Positions 37,765 to 55,912 are shown, counted from the first letter of the stretch. The stretch is DNA of 64,000 nt from Eledone cirrhosa (GCA_964016885.1 OZ024761.1:14322001-14386000), one strand, 5' to 3'. The notes: a model not told the origin generated them from the letters alone. A program made the numbers and translations.

Positions 37765-39232
37765 ATGGAGTGTAGCTCAACACTCACACTCAACACTCCA
37801 TCTCTAGTGACCCTCGAGGAATGTGTGAAGATGTCTCTCTCTCTTTCTGACTGCTCAAGAAAAGAACTCTACTTACAACTGAGTGTACCTCTCACACTCT
37901 CACCCAGAAAAAAAACTACAAGTGAATGTAGCTCTCATACACACTCTTTCTCTCTCTTTGTGACTACTCCAGAAAAAAACTACACTCCACTTACAAGTGT
38001 AACTCACCTCTTTCAGATTCAGTAAATGTAGCTATTTGTTTGCCTCACTCAGCTGCGCTCACTCAAATAACAGAGTACGGCTGTCGGCCTTCAACACTCA
38101 ATGAGTGTGGTTGTTGTGGCCCTCACTCGGTGAGTGCAGCTGTCAGCCTACCTCACTCAAGTGACAAATCAACACTCAGTGAGTGTGGTTGTTGTGGCCC
38201 TCACTCGATGAGTGCAGCTGTCAGCCTCCCACATGTGAGTGACAAATCACCACTCTCAAATATATAATAGATAATAATAGTTTCTGATTTAGATACAAAG
38301 CCAACTATTTTGATAGAAGGGGCAAGTCGATTAAAAATCCAAGCAATACCAACCAAACTCAAGGATGTTATCCAACCATCTTGCTCAGGGTTTACTGTAC
38401 AAATTTGTGTATGTGTAAAAGAAATTATAACTTTGTTTTATATTATTTAATTAAAATGAAACCCACCTGTCACCTCACAAAGAAAAAGTGTAAATTATTG
38501 CCCCAGTGAGGAAAACGAAGCAGATTTTTGGCAAGGACATGTAAATTTTTAGCCCATTGTAGAATAAAAAGCTGATTTTTGCAAAATGCTTGTACATTTT
38601 TACCTCAGTGTAAAGAAAAGAAGCGGATTTTTGACAAGAACATGTAAATTTTTACCCGATTGTAGAAAAAAAAAAAACATGATTTTTGCTAAGGACGTTT
38701 AAATATTTACTACAATGTAGTGAGAAAAGAAGCAGATTTTTGCCAAGGACATGTAAAAATTTACCCCCTCCCCACCTTCCATGTAAAGGAAATAAACTGA
38801 TCATTAGATGGTACTGACCTTATGTTTCTTGAAAGGTGTTTTCAAAGAAAATAAAGCAATGTAGGCTTTGGGCAAGAAATATATTCTCTCTGGGGGGTTG
38901 ATGAAGTCGAGTACTACTGTATTTCCCTCACGCTCAGAGTTGCTGAAGTATGGAACAAACTACCTGCATCAGTTGTTAGCTGTCGAGACACTGCATCCTT
39001 TAAGGCCTCCATGCTTCCCGAGATCCGCCAACACTACAGCTAACACATACAAACATGTACTTCCCTGGCATTTGTGTATTATTCTATGTACTATATTGAC
39101 GAGTTGTAGTGCACCTGAGCACTTTACACAATAATTTCATTATTATTATTTAAATTGACGAAGAACAAATACAAATTTAGATTACTAATAAAATTATCAT
39201 ATATACTCATGTAAAAGTTGAGCATAATTTGG

Positions 39233-39262
<30 letters not shown>

Positions 39263-39263
<1 letters not shown>

Positions 39264-39565
39264 GACTCTCGTCAAATTGGACCGAGGAAACAATGTTTCC
39301 ATTGGTCTTTCCAGTTGCTAGTACTATCCATCAGCTGCAACTCCAGGTAAAAGGAGCAACGTGAAATAAAGTGTCTTGCTCAATGACCTAACGCATCGCC
39401 CGGTCTGTGAGTTCAATTCCCGGATCGGGCGATGCATTATGTCCTTGAGCAAGACACTTTATTTCACGTTGCTCCTTCTACTTGGAGTTGCGACCAATAG
39501 ATAGTATTAGCAACTGGAAAGACCAATGGAAACATTGTTTCCTCGGTCCGATTTGACGAAAGTCA
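39263..39565. mobile_element. Head-to-head inverted duplication of a tRNA-SINE-like sequence between (TA)n tracts
   Basis: Arms of about 142 bp, roughly 90% complementary; gagttcaattcc B-box in the spacer; gtccttgagcaagacactttatttcac motif shared with family A SINEs. Confidence 0.78.
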
Positions 39566-39571
39566 ATTGTT

Positions 39572-39610
<39 letters not shown>

Positions 39611-39649
39611 CTAATAAGATTTTTTGTACCTCAATTTTTAGTCTCCTTG

Positions 39650-39688
<39 letters not shown>

Positions 39689-39739
39689 AAATATTAAACA
39701 AATAATGAATAAACAATTCCTTATATTAAACAAAAAAAG

Positions 39740-39893
39740 TTCATTATTTAACGATCGTTTCTAGGATATATATGTGTTAGAGTTGGCATGCATATTCAAC
39801 AGATCTATGTACAAAATTATACAAAATTATACAAACTATCAAGATTAAATATACATACCAACACATATATACGCCGTCTTCAGAAATAATGAA
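39740..39893 (-). ncRNA. Hammerhead motif with long stem II (inverted pLTR copy)
   Basis: Mirror of 45667-45820. Confidence 0.75.
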
Positions 39894-40264
39894 ATATATT
39901 TATTGATAATAACAACAATTCAAACTTTCAGGTCCGTTTGGGAACAGAATTGACCAATGAAAATACAAAAGGTTTAATGCAGTTCGGTGTGTGTATATAC
40001 ATGTTACAACCCTTACACATATTTTACAAAAATGTATGCACAACCTGTATACGCATATAAAAAGGATGGATGCAAATACAAAATTTCAAGGTTAATGTCT
40101 CTGTAAGTTTATAATGCACAGATAAGATGCGTATAGATACATAAATATGAAATAAGTGTATACACATATTTTCATACTAACACATATCCGTACAATCACA
40201 CATACACGCGCGTATATGCATAAACATACACATAAACTACGAACATACAAACACACACAAAGCA

Positions 40265-41875
40265 TTGATATTTGCTAAAAATAGATCTAACTTAACTTTG
40301 GATGACATTAATATTATTACACATGCTAGACTAACACTTATTGAATTTCAGAATGAATACTGGACCAGAAACACATATAGTAATCTTTTTGATATTACTA
40401 TGGGTTCAAGCGATTCCGCCCAAATTACTGATCTTGTGGGCCTCTTTCTCCTTTTCAACATAAATGCCTCCTTTCCCCACCTCAAAGGTGGTTTATATCG
40501 TGATGACTGTCTTCTTCTTTCTAACAACCTTAGCCTTTCAGAAATTGAAAAAAACAAAAAACATATTAGAACTTTCCTTAAAGACTATTATAATCTTAAT
40601 ATTACTTTTGAAAAAACAAGTAAAGTAGTAAATTTCCTAGATATAACTTTAGATTTAGCTACGGGTATCTACCAACCTTACCATAAACCAAACCAAAACT
40701 TACATTACATACACTCACAATCTAATCACCCTAAATCTATCCTTAAAAACCTTGCATATAATATATCACTTAGAATTTCTAACCTTTCTTCTAACCAAGA
40801 TGTATTTGATAAAAATGCGACCTTCTATAACGAAGCTCTAGATAGAAGTGGCCACAAAAATAGATTAGAATATATACCTTCTACTAAAAATACTGAAAGC
40901 ATACAACCTAATATTACCAACAAACACCAAATGAAAAGTACACACCTAAATGCCACCCACACTATACCCCAAAATACCAAATCTTCTAATATAAAGTATA
41001 GTAACTCTCAAAAAACTACTTATCATACAACTCTAATAAATATTAATAATAAAACTCCTAATAAAAAGGATAAAACACCTAAATCTACAAATATAACTAA
41101 AAATGGTTGTGGTGAGATCATTAACATTAATCCTCCTAGTAAAAATCACGATACAACCTATAAAAATAATAAACAACATAGAAACCGTAATAGACGGGTT
41201 ACTTGGTATAATGCTCCATTTAATTTACAAATTAAGGATAATATTGCTAAAAAATTTTTTTATATCCTAGAGAAAAACTTCCCGCCAAACCACAAATACC
41301 ATCAAATCTTAAATAGGTCTACAGTTAAATTCTCATACTCTACAACAAATAACATAAAACAAAATATAAGTGCCTATAATGCATATAAATGTAAGAAAAC
41401 CATAAGTATACCACCAGTACATCAAATTAACCATAATATCTCCTCAAATACAGAATTAACGAAAGGTTGTAACTGTAGAAACAAAGCAAACTGCCCATTA
41501 AAAGGGAATTGTCTTGTTAACAACATAGTCTATAAATGTAATGTTAAAACTAAAGATTCTATTTGCTCATATATAGGAGCTACCTCTAACAATTTTAAGA
41601 CAAGGTTTAATACCCACAAGCATAGTTTTAAAAATGCCGCACTGGCTAATACAACATCTCTAGCAGAAAAAATCAATAGTTATAAAAATAAGAATATAGA
41701 ATATGATTTGACCTGGAGTGTGCTCAAAAGAGCCACCCCTTATCAAAATAATAGAAATGAATGTAGATTATGTTCCCAAGAACTATTTGAAATAATGAAA
41801 TCTAAGGATATCCTATTAAATAAACGACAGGAATTAATTATAAAAAAAACATTTAAATATTATAAACCTAATTAA
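40265..41875 (+). pseudogene. 5'-truncated PLE ORF: RT C-terminal half + GIY-YIG endonuclease
   Basis: [67 protein letters not shown]...YIGAT...FKTRFNTH, CRLC, LLNKRQE; no ATG start; possibly Naiad clade (inference). Confidence 0.9.
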
Positions 41876-43484
41876 TAACATTATTTTAGAAATTAATTTA
41901 ATTTAAATGTTAGTTAACCTATAAATTTAATTTAATTAAAATTCTATTACAGATGAGAATATAAAATATTATGTAATCATAAATTGTGAAAAACCTTTAA
42001 ATATTACTAATATATACTTAGTAATTTAATTTATAGATTAATTTTAATTTATTTAAACCTTTTATTATAATTCTTTTACAGATAAAATATAACAAAATAT
42101 CGTGTATCCAATGACAGAGAAATAATTTTTAGTATTATAGACCTAATTAATATACATTTTAGAAATATATTTATAATTTGGTTTTAATTTTAATCAACCT
42201 AAAAATTTAATTTAATTGGCTTAAAATTAATATCCTTATACAGACGAATTGCAGAATGTCATCTAATCATAGAATGGGATGTGTTTTGGATTTATACCTA
42301 GTTAATATATTCTTTGCAATTTTTGAAAAAAATATGTATATGTGTATGTGTATGTGTGTGCGTATGTATATGTGTATATATGTACATATATATGTATATG
42401 TGTGTATATATATATGTGTATGTATATGTATATGTATATGTATTAATTTTGATTTCTATTTGCATATAATTATATTCTGCTATTGATAAAATACAATATC
42501 TGTTTTATTTATTATATACCTAATTAACATATACTATAGAAATAAATATATAATTTTTAATTTAATTAACCTATATTTTATATTCTACTACCGATGTAAT
42601 ACTTTATTTGTTTTTTCCCTATTACTAAATTCATTTCCTAATATTGATACCATAAAGTTATTAACTTTAATTTAGTTATACTATAATTAATACTCTACTA
42701 CTATTTAACTTCAAAATTCTGCTTCAAATATTATAAACCTAACTAATTTACACCTTAGAAATCAATATGTTAACTATCTTTAGTTTAGTTAACATATAAT
42801 TAATGGTATACTTATTTATTTTGAAATGCATAAATTTTGCCTTATTTCTTGTTTATTGTATTTCCTAACACTGATACTATGTAAAAACATACATTGGATC
42901 TAGATACGGATAATATTCTATGTTTCTTGAAACATATATTTACTATAATCCCCTTCTCCACCCCCCCCCTTTCCCCCATACTATTATCATCTGTGTTTGT
43001 AAGCGTGTATGTACGAATATATATGTAGGTAGGTGTATATATATTTGGGTATTTATATCTGAATATAAAAATACATATATGCGCATGCAAATAAGAATGT
43101 ATGATTGTGTGTGTATATATATAAGTGTGTATGTATGTGTATATGTGTATATATGCATGTGTATATATATGTGTATGTGTATATATATATATATGTGTAT
43201 ATATATATGTATATATATATATATGTGTGTGTATGTATGTATGTATATGTGTGTGTGTATATATATGTATGTCTCTCTATTTATATGTCTATCTTCGTAT
43301 CTATGTGGATATATGTGTGTGTGTGCATGTATACACATATATGTGTTTATGTGTATATGTGTGTATGTATATATATGTGTGTGTGCACACACATATATAT
43401 GTGAATGTGTATATGTGTGTGTGTGTATATGTATGTGTATATATATATGTATATATATCTATGTGTGTATATATGTCTATATTC

Positions 43485-43559
<75 letters not shown>

Positions 43560-43794
43560 TGTATGTGTATATATATATATATTATTTATTATTATAATAT
43601 AACTTATGTGTATGTGTATATGTGAGGGTGTGTATATGTATATATATGTGTATATGTATGTGTAAAAAAATATATATGTGTACATGTCTGTTTTTTATGT
43701 GTGTGTATATATATATATATGTGTATATATATATATATATGGGTGTTTGTATGTGTATTTATGGTTGTATGTGTGTGTGGGTATATGTATATAA

Positions 43795-43830
<36 letters not shown>

Positions 43831-44165
43831 GTGTATATATATCTCTATTAATGCGTGTATATATGTATATGTATATGCCTTTTTCTTTGTATGTCTGAGT
43901 TGGGTGAGGGTGTAGTGGTGTTTCTATGTATATACGCATATATGGATGCGTTTGTATTTGTATATATGAGTATATGTAAGTGCGTATGTATGTATGATTA
44001 TATATCTAATTCTATGTATGAGTATATATGTGTGTATGTATGTTGTGTGTGTATGTATGTATATGTCTATGTGTGTATATATATATGTATGTATGTGTGT
44101 GTATGTATCTATGTATATGTATGTATGTACATATATGTCTATGTATGTGTGTATGTATGTGTATG

Positions 44166-44222
<57 letters not shown>

Positions 44223-44424
44223 TTATTTTTTTTATATATATGTGTGTGTGTGTATGTGTGTGTGTGTGTGTATATATATCTTTGTATATGTGTATGTGTA
44301 AGTTCGTGTAGGTGTATGTGTGTGTATGACTATATATGTATGTGTATGTGTGTATGTGTGTGTATATATATCTATGTGTGTGTACATGTATGTATGTGTA
44401 TGTATGTGTATGTGTGTATGTGTG

Positions 44425-44455
<31 letters not shown>

Positions 44456-44768
44456 ATATGTGTATATATATATATGTATATGTTTCTCTATTTGTATATG
44501 TATATGTGTATGGGTATATACCTTTTTCTTTGTATGTCTGAGTTGTGTGAGAGTGTAGTGGTGTTTGTATGTATATACCGATATATAGATGCGTAAGTAT
44601 TTGTCTGTATGTATGTATATATGTCTGTATGTATTTGTGTGTATATATAGGTATGTATGTGTATATCTGTATGTATATATGTATGTAAGTGTATGTATAT
44701 GTGTGTGTATGTGTGTATATATATGTGTGTCTATATAGTATGTGTGATTATATGTGTATGTATGAGTG

Positions 44769-44829
<61 letters not shown>

Positions 44830-44979
44830 GTGTATTTATATGTATGTGTGTATATGTATGTATGTGTGTATATGTATATGTTTATATATGTGTGTGTATG
44901 TATGTTCTAAGTGTGGATGTGTGTATATGTATGTATGTGTTTGTATATGTGTATGTATATATATATGTGTGTGTGTGTG

Positions 44980-45029
<50 letters not shown>

Positions 45030-45666
45030 CTTGATATATTTCTTTTTTCTTTTTTCTTTTTTCTTTTTCTTTTCTTTCCTTTTTAATGTTTATTTATTAT
45101 TTATTATTTTTTATTTTCTTAGTTTATAGATACATCTATATTAAGCAGTCAGCCCAAACCGTTGAATACTGACCTCTCCCCCCCCCTCCCACCTAATTTC
45201 TGTATCTTTATCTAAATGTGTGTGCCAGTGTTTATGTGAGTGAATTAATATCCATGTGCTTAGGATTTTATATCCACATATATATATGTGAGTGGGGGTG
45301 TGTGTGTGTTTGTATGTTCGTAGTTTATGTGTATGTTTATGCATATACGCGCGTGTATGTGTGATTGTACGGATATGTGTTAGTATGAAAATATGTGTAT
45401 ACACTTATTTCATATTTATGTATCTATACGCATCTTATCTGTGCATTATAAACTTACAGAGACATTAACCTTGAAATTTTATATTTGCATCCATCCTTTT
45501 TATATGCGTATACAGGTTGTGCATACATTTTTGTAAAATATGTGTAAGGGTTGTAACATGTATATACACACACCGAACTGCATTAAACCTTTTGTATTTT
45601 CATTGGTCAATTCTGTTCCCAAACGGACCTGAAAGTTTGAATTGTTGTTATTATCAATAAATATAT

Positions 45667-45820
45667 TTCATTATTTCTGAAGACGGCGTATATATGTGTT
45701 GGTATGTATATTTAATCTTGATAGTTTGTATAATTTTGTATAATTTTGTACATAGATCTGTTGAATATGCATGCCAACTCTAACACATATATATCCTAGA
45801 AACGATCGTTAAATAATGAA
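45667..45820 (+). ncRNA. Type I hammerhead motif with 115-nt stem II
   Basis: Perfect 10-bp stem I ttcattattt/aaataatgaa; CTGAAGA 45677-45683; stem II base tatatatgtgtt/aacacatatata; GAAA 45799-45802; palindromic A-cgatcg-T; predicted cleavage after GUU (45810). Confidence 0.8.
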
Positions 45821-46108
45821 CTTTTTTTGTTTAATATAAGGAATTGTTTATTCATTATTTGTTTAATATTTTATCTTGACTCTGTATACCGTTTATCTTT
45901 CACCGAAAGTGATTTTTCATTACATCTCTTCTTTCCATGATATCCGGAATACATTGAGTTCTTCATACGGATTGGACACTACCGTAAACTCTTGGTAGAT
46001 TTATCTACATATATATATATGTATATATATATACATACATGTTTCTCATACTGCTACACACGTGTGTGTGAGTAGATATATGTATATATATATACACCTT
46101 CCATTCGT

Positions 46109-46988
46109 TAACTGGGTGGTGGGGGAGGCTGCTCTGAAAGTACAGTAGCCAGAGTCAGAACGGGATGGAAAAAGTTCAGAGAGCTTATACCACTATTGGC
46201 CGCTAAAGGTTTCTCTCTAAAAATGAAAGGCAGGCTGTATGATGCCTGCATACGAACAGCTATGTTACATGGCAGTGAGACTTGGGCCTTGTGTGCAGAG
46301 GATCTCATCCGCTGGATGTGTAATAGTAATATACGTGAACAGCAAAGCATAAATGAACTAATAGAGAAATTAGGAATAAGAGGGATCAGATGCTGTTTAC
46401 TTGAGATTAGACTACGTTGCTATGGTCACGTGATGCGTATGAAAGACGGCAGCTGTATAAAAAAGTGCAGGGCAACCCAGAAAAACCTGGGACGATTTAA
46501 TAAATTCCAACCTTACACACTTACACCTCTCCAAGACAATGTCACTGGACTGAGATCTTTGGCGCTACACAGTAATACTGAAGACCAGCCTTGCTTAAGT
46601 ACAAAGCGAAACCTACAGTCAGTAGGCACCTCTTAACCAAAAATACACCCCCATCCCACTACCCCTACGTCACTCCCACCAACACCACCCCTTTCTCTGT
46701 AAAGTTATGTTGCTACCACAACATCCAGTCCTCAATAAATGAGGTTGTGTAGGTGTCACAACAAAAAAACACACAGTCCACGCTGTAATGTGGCCATGTA
46801 GGTAACACGGTAAAAACCTCCCAGTCTACACTGTAAACGTGGTTGGTGTTAGGAAGGGCATCCAGCCGTAGAAAACCCGCCAGACAGTCCTATACGAGCA
46901 AGACAACCAATCTTGCCTCACGTGGGGCAATTCCCATCTAAACCCATGCTAGCGTGGAAGATAGACGTTAAACGATGATGATGATGAT
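46109..46988 (+). mobile_element. Older RTE subfamily 3' fragment with family B 3' UTR
   Basis: [28 protein letters not shown]..., then (ATG)n tail. Confidence 0.85.
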
Positions 46989-47599
46989 ATGTGTACACAT
47001 ATATGCATACCTATATATATATATAAAACACATACGTATGTATGTGTGAGCGTTTGTTTGTATGTTTATATATATATACTACTTCAACAAATAAACTATC
47101 CTGATATCTCAGACAATGCTAGTAATAGTAAGGAATCTCTCTCAAATCATATGTCTAGTATGTTAGAAATGGCTCACAAATCAACCTCCAATCATAGTTA
47201 AATTCTTTCTAAAATTTCCCATAAACGTGTGTTTCAATTCTAACTCCAGAATTGTAATCCACACCATTCAATAAAAAAAAAAATGAATTATTAAGAAAGT
47301 TATGAGGAAACAAAGTGATTGAGGTCGTAATATTTAGCGATGTTTCAGGTAAATTTTGGGGTCCAAGGGAGGTAAGCTCAAGAACCTTATATGGTAAATT
47401 GAGTTGCTTCTAGAGATAGCAGCCAGTCGACAAACATTGATGTACAGGAATTAACTAGAAAAAAAACAAAAACTGCCAAATATCCCTCAAATTTCAATCC
47501 CTGGCATTTTGTAACATGCTAGAAACAACAGCCAATCTTTTACTATTTTAAAATGAAATGTATTTTCAGGCGAACATTACACGCACTTATAAGTGTGTG

Positions 47600-52620
<5,021 letters not shown>

Positions 52621-55259
52621 GAATATAGACATAGAATATTCGAAAATATTCTGTATGTTTAAAATAAACATTTTGAAGACCTAATCGCTATAGAATAGAA
52701 TACGTCACGTATTACAATTAGATTCTCGATAAAAGCAAGGGAAGTAATCTACGCGTTTCATTCTCGTTAGAAATCATCAGGACTACATATCCAGTGCTTT
52801 TATCGAGAATGACACAGCTAGAGACTTATAGAATACTTAGCTGTGTACAGGAACTGGTTTGAAAGAGCGGTTGCCGGTCCGGCAGAAATTAGAAATTGGA
52901 ATAAATGCTCTGAAATAGCGATATATATGTGAATATAGACATAGAATATTCGAAAATATTCTGTATGTTTAAAATAAACATTTTGAAGACCTAATCGCTA
53001 TAGAATAGAATACGTCACGTATTACAATTAGATTCTCGATAAAAGCAAGGGAAGTAATCTACGCGTTTCATTCTCGTTAGAAATCATCAGGACTACATAT
53101 CCAGTGCTTTTATCGAGAATGACACAGCTAGAGACTTATAGAATACTTAGCTGTGTACAGGAACTGGTTTGAAAGAGCGGTTGCCGGTCCGGCAGAAATT
53201 AGAAATTGGAATAAATGCTCTGAAATAGCGATATATATGTGAATATAGACATAGAATATTCGAAAATATTCTGTATGTTTAAAATAAACATTTTGAAGAC
53301 CTAATCGCTATAGAATAGAATACGTCACGTATTACAATTAGATTCTCGATAAAAGCAAGGGAAGTAATCTACGCGTTTCATTCTCGTTAGAAATCATCAG
53401 GACTACATATCCAGTGCTTTTATCGAGAATGACACAGCTAGAGACTTATAGAATACTTAGCTGTGTACAGGAACTGGTTTGAAAGAGCGGTTGCCGGTCC
53501 GGCAGAAATTAGAAATTGGAATAAATGCTCTGAAATAGCGATATATATGTGAATATAGACATAGAATATTCGAAAATATTCTGTATGTTTAAAATAAACA
53601 TTTTGAAGACCTAATCGCTATAGAATAGAATACGTCACGTATTACAATTAGATTCTCGATAAAAGCAAGGGAAGTAATCTACGCGTTTCATTCTCGTTAG
53701 AAATCATCAGGACTACATATCCAGTGCTTTATCGAGAATGACACAGCTAGAGACTTATAGAATACTTAGCTGTGTACAGGAACTGGTTTGAAAGAGCGGT
53801 TGCCGGTCCGGCAGAAATTAGAAATTGGAATAAATGCTCTGAAATAGCGATATATATGTGAATATAGACATAGAATATTCGAAAATATTCTGTATGTTTA
53901 AAATAAACATTTTGAAGACCTAATCGCTATAGAATAGAATACGTCACGTATTACAATTAGATTCTCGATAAAAGCAAGGGAAGTAATCTACGCGTTTCAT
54001 TCTCGTTAGAAATCATCAGGACTACATATCCAGTGCTTTTATCGAGAATGACACAGCTAGAGACTTATAGAATACTTAGCTGTGTACAGGAACTGGTTTG
54101 AAAGAGCGGTTGCCGGTCCGGCAGAAATTAGAAATTGGAATAAATGCTCTGAAATAGCGATATATATGTGAATATAGACATAGAATATTCGAAAATATTC
54201 TGTATGTTTAAAATAAACATTTTGAAGACCTAATCGCTATAGAATAGAATACGTCACGTATTACAATTAGATTCTCGATAAAAGCAAGGGAAGTAATCTA
54301 CGCGTTTCATTCTCGTTAGAATCATCAGGACTACATATCCAGTGCTTTTATCGAGAATGACACAGCTAGAGACTTATAGAATACTTAGCTGTGTACAGGA
54401 ACTGGTTTGAAAGAGCGGTTGCCGGTCCGGCAGAAATTAGAAATTGGAATAAATGCTCTGAAATAGCGATATATATGTGAATATAGACATAGAATATTCG
54501 AAAATATTCTGTATGTTTAAAATAAACATTTTGAAGACCTAATCGCTATAGAATAGAATACGTCACGTATTACAATTAGATTCTCGATAAAAGCAAGGGA
54601 AGTAATCTACGCGTTTCATTCTCGTTAGAAATCATCAGGACTACATATCCAGTGCTTTTATCGAGAATGACACAGCTAGAGACTTATAGAATACTTAGCT
54701 GTGTACAGGAACTGGTTTGAAAGAGCGGTTGCCGGTCCGGCAGAAATTAGAAATTGGAATAAATGCTCTGAAATAGCGATATATATGTGAATATAGACAT
54801 AGAATATTCGAAAATATTCTGTATGTTTAAAATAAACATTTTGAAGACCTAATCGCTATAGAATAGAATACGTCACGTATTACAATTAGATTCTCGATAA
54901 AAGCAAGGGAAGTAATCTACGCGTTTCATTCTCGTTAGAAATCATCAGGACTACATATCCAGTGCTTTTATCGAGAATGACACAGCTAGAGACTTATAGA
55001 ATACTTAGCTGTGTACAGGAACTGGTTTGAAAGAGCGGTTGCCGGTCCGGCAGAAATTAGAAATTGGAATAAATGCTCTGAAATAGCGATATATATGTGA
55101 ATATAGACATAGAATATTCGAAAATATTCTGTATGTTTAAAATAAACATTTTGAAGACCTAATCGCTATAGAATAGAATACGTCACGTATTACAATTAGA
55201 TTCTCGATAAAAGCAAGGGAAGTAATCTACGCGTTTCATTCTCGTTAGAAATCATCAGG
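52621..55259 (-). mobile_element. 310-bp tandem array with one hammerhead ribozyme per unit (candidate non-LTR retrozyme), at least 8.5 copies
   Basis: Unit starts 52621, 52931, 53241, 53551, 53860, 54170, 54479, 54789, 55099; the only differences I saw are two 1-nt homopolymer deletions; the array runs into the N gap. Confidence 0.88.
52744..52786 (-). ncRNA. Type I hammerhead ribozyme (unit 1; repeated at 53054, 53364, 53674, 53983, 54293, 54602, 54912, 55222)
   Basis: Minus strand gtagtc-CTGATGA-t.ttct-aacg-agaa.t-GAAA-cgcg-TA-gattac; stem I 6 bp, palindromic stem III ACGCGU, GUA cleavage triplet. Confidence 0.9.
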
Positions 55260-55459
55260 NNNNNNNNNNNNNNNNNNNNNNNNNNNNNNNNNNNNNNNNN
55301 NNNNNNNNNNNNNNNNNNNNNNNNNNNNNNNNNNNNNNNNNNNNNNNNNNNNNNNNNNNNNNNNNNNNNNNNNNNNNNNNNNNNNNNNNNNNNNNNNNNN
55401 NNNNNNNNNNNNNNNNNNNNNNNNNNNNNNNNNNNNNNNNNNNNNNNNNNNNNNNNNNN
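55260..55459. other. Assembly gap (200 N)
   Basis: Run of N. Confidence 1.
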
Positions 55460-55686
55460 GGTGTGTTACAATTGTTTCGCCGGCGGACAGCTCGAGACAT
55501 GGTCATTGTGTTCGACGGACACGTCTAATTCAATCATACTCTGCTCTGTAAGAACATAGAGTGCTCAACCGGCATACCGCCCATGGAAGCATCTTAGCTA
55601 CCATCACACACACACACATATATATATATATAATCAAGGTTTAGCAACTAAGTAAAAGTTTCAAAAATAAATTTCAAAAAATTCAC

Positions 55687-55809
<123 letters not shown>

Positions 55810-55912
55810 GAGAGGGAGGGAGAGAGGGAGAGAGAGAGATAAAGTCCAAATCTCACTTTGTTGGGTGGGGTATATGTCAAATATAAAGGCTAAAAAAAGG
55901 TCAATTATATGC

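Larger units (their letters stand above)
39687..46008 (+). mobile_element. Penelope-like element: inverted 5' pLTR + truncated ORF + 4-kb microsatellite-rich 3' region + pLTR + extension
   Basis: 39687-40258 is the reverse complement of 45302-45873; (TA)n at both ends. Confidence 0.92.

Noticed and set aside
52621-55259. CRISPR-like array, or 5S/snRNA/SL tandem gene cluster
   Set aside because: No unique spacers and no cas genes in a eukaryotic context; I recognise no 5S, U snRNA, tRNA or pol III box motifs in the unit
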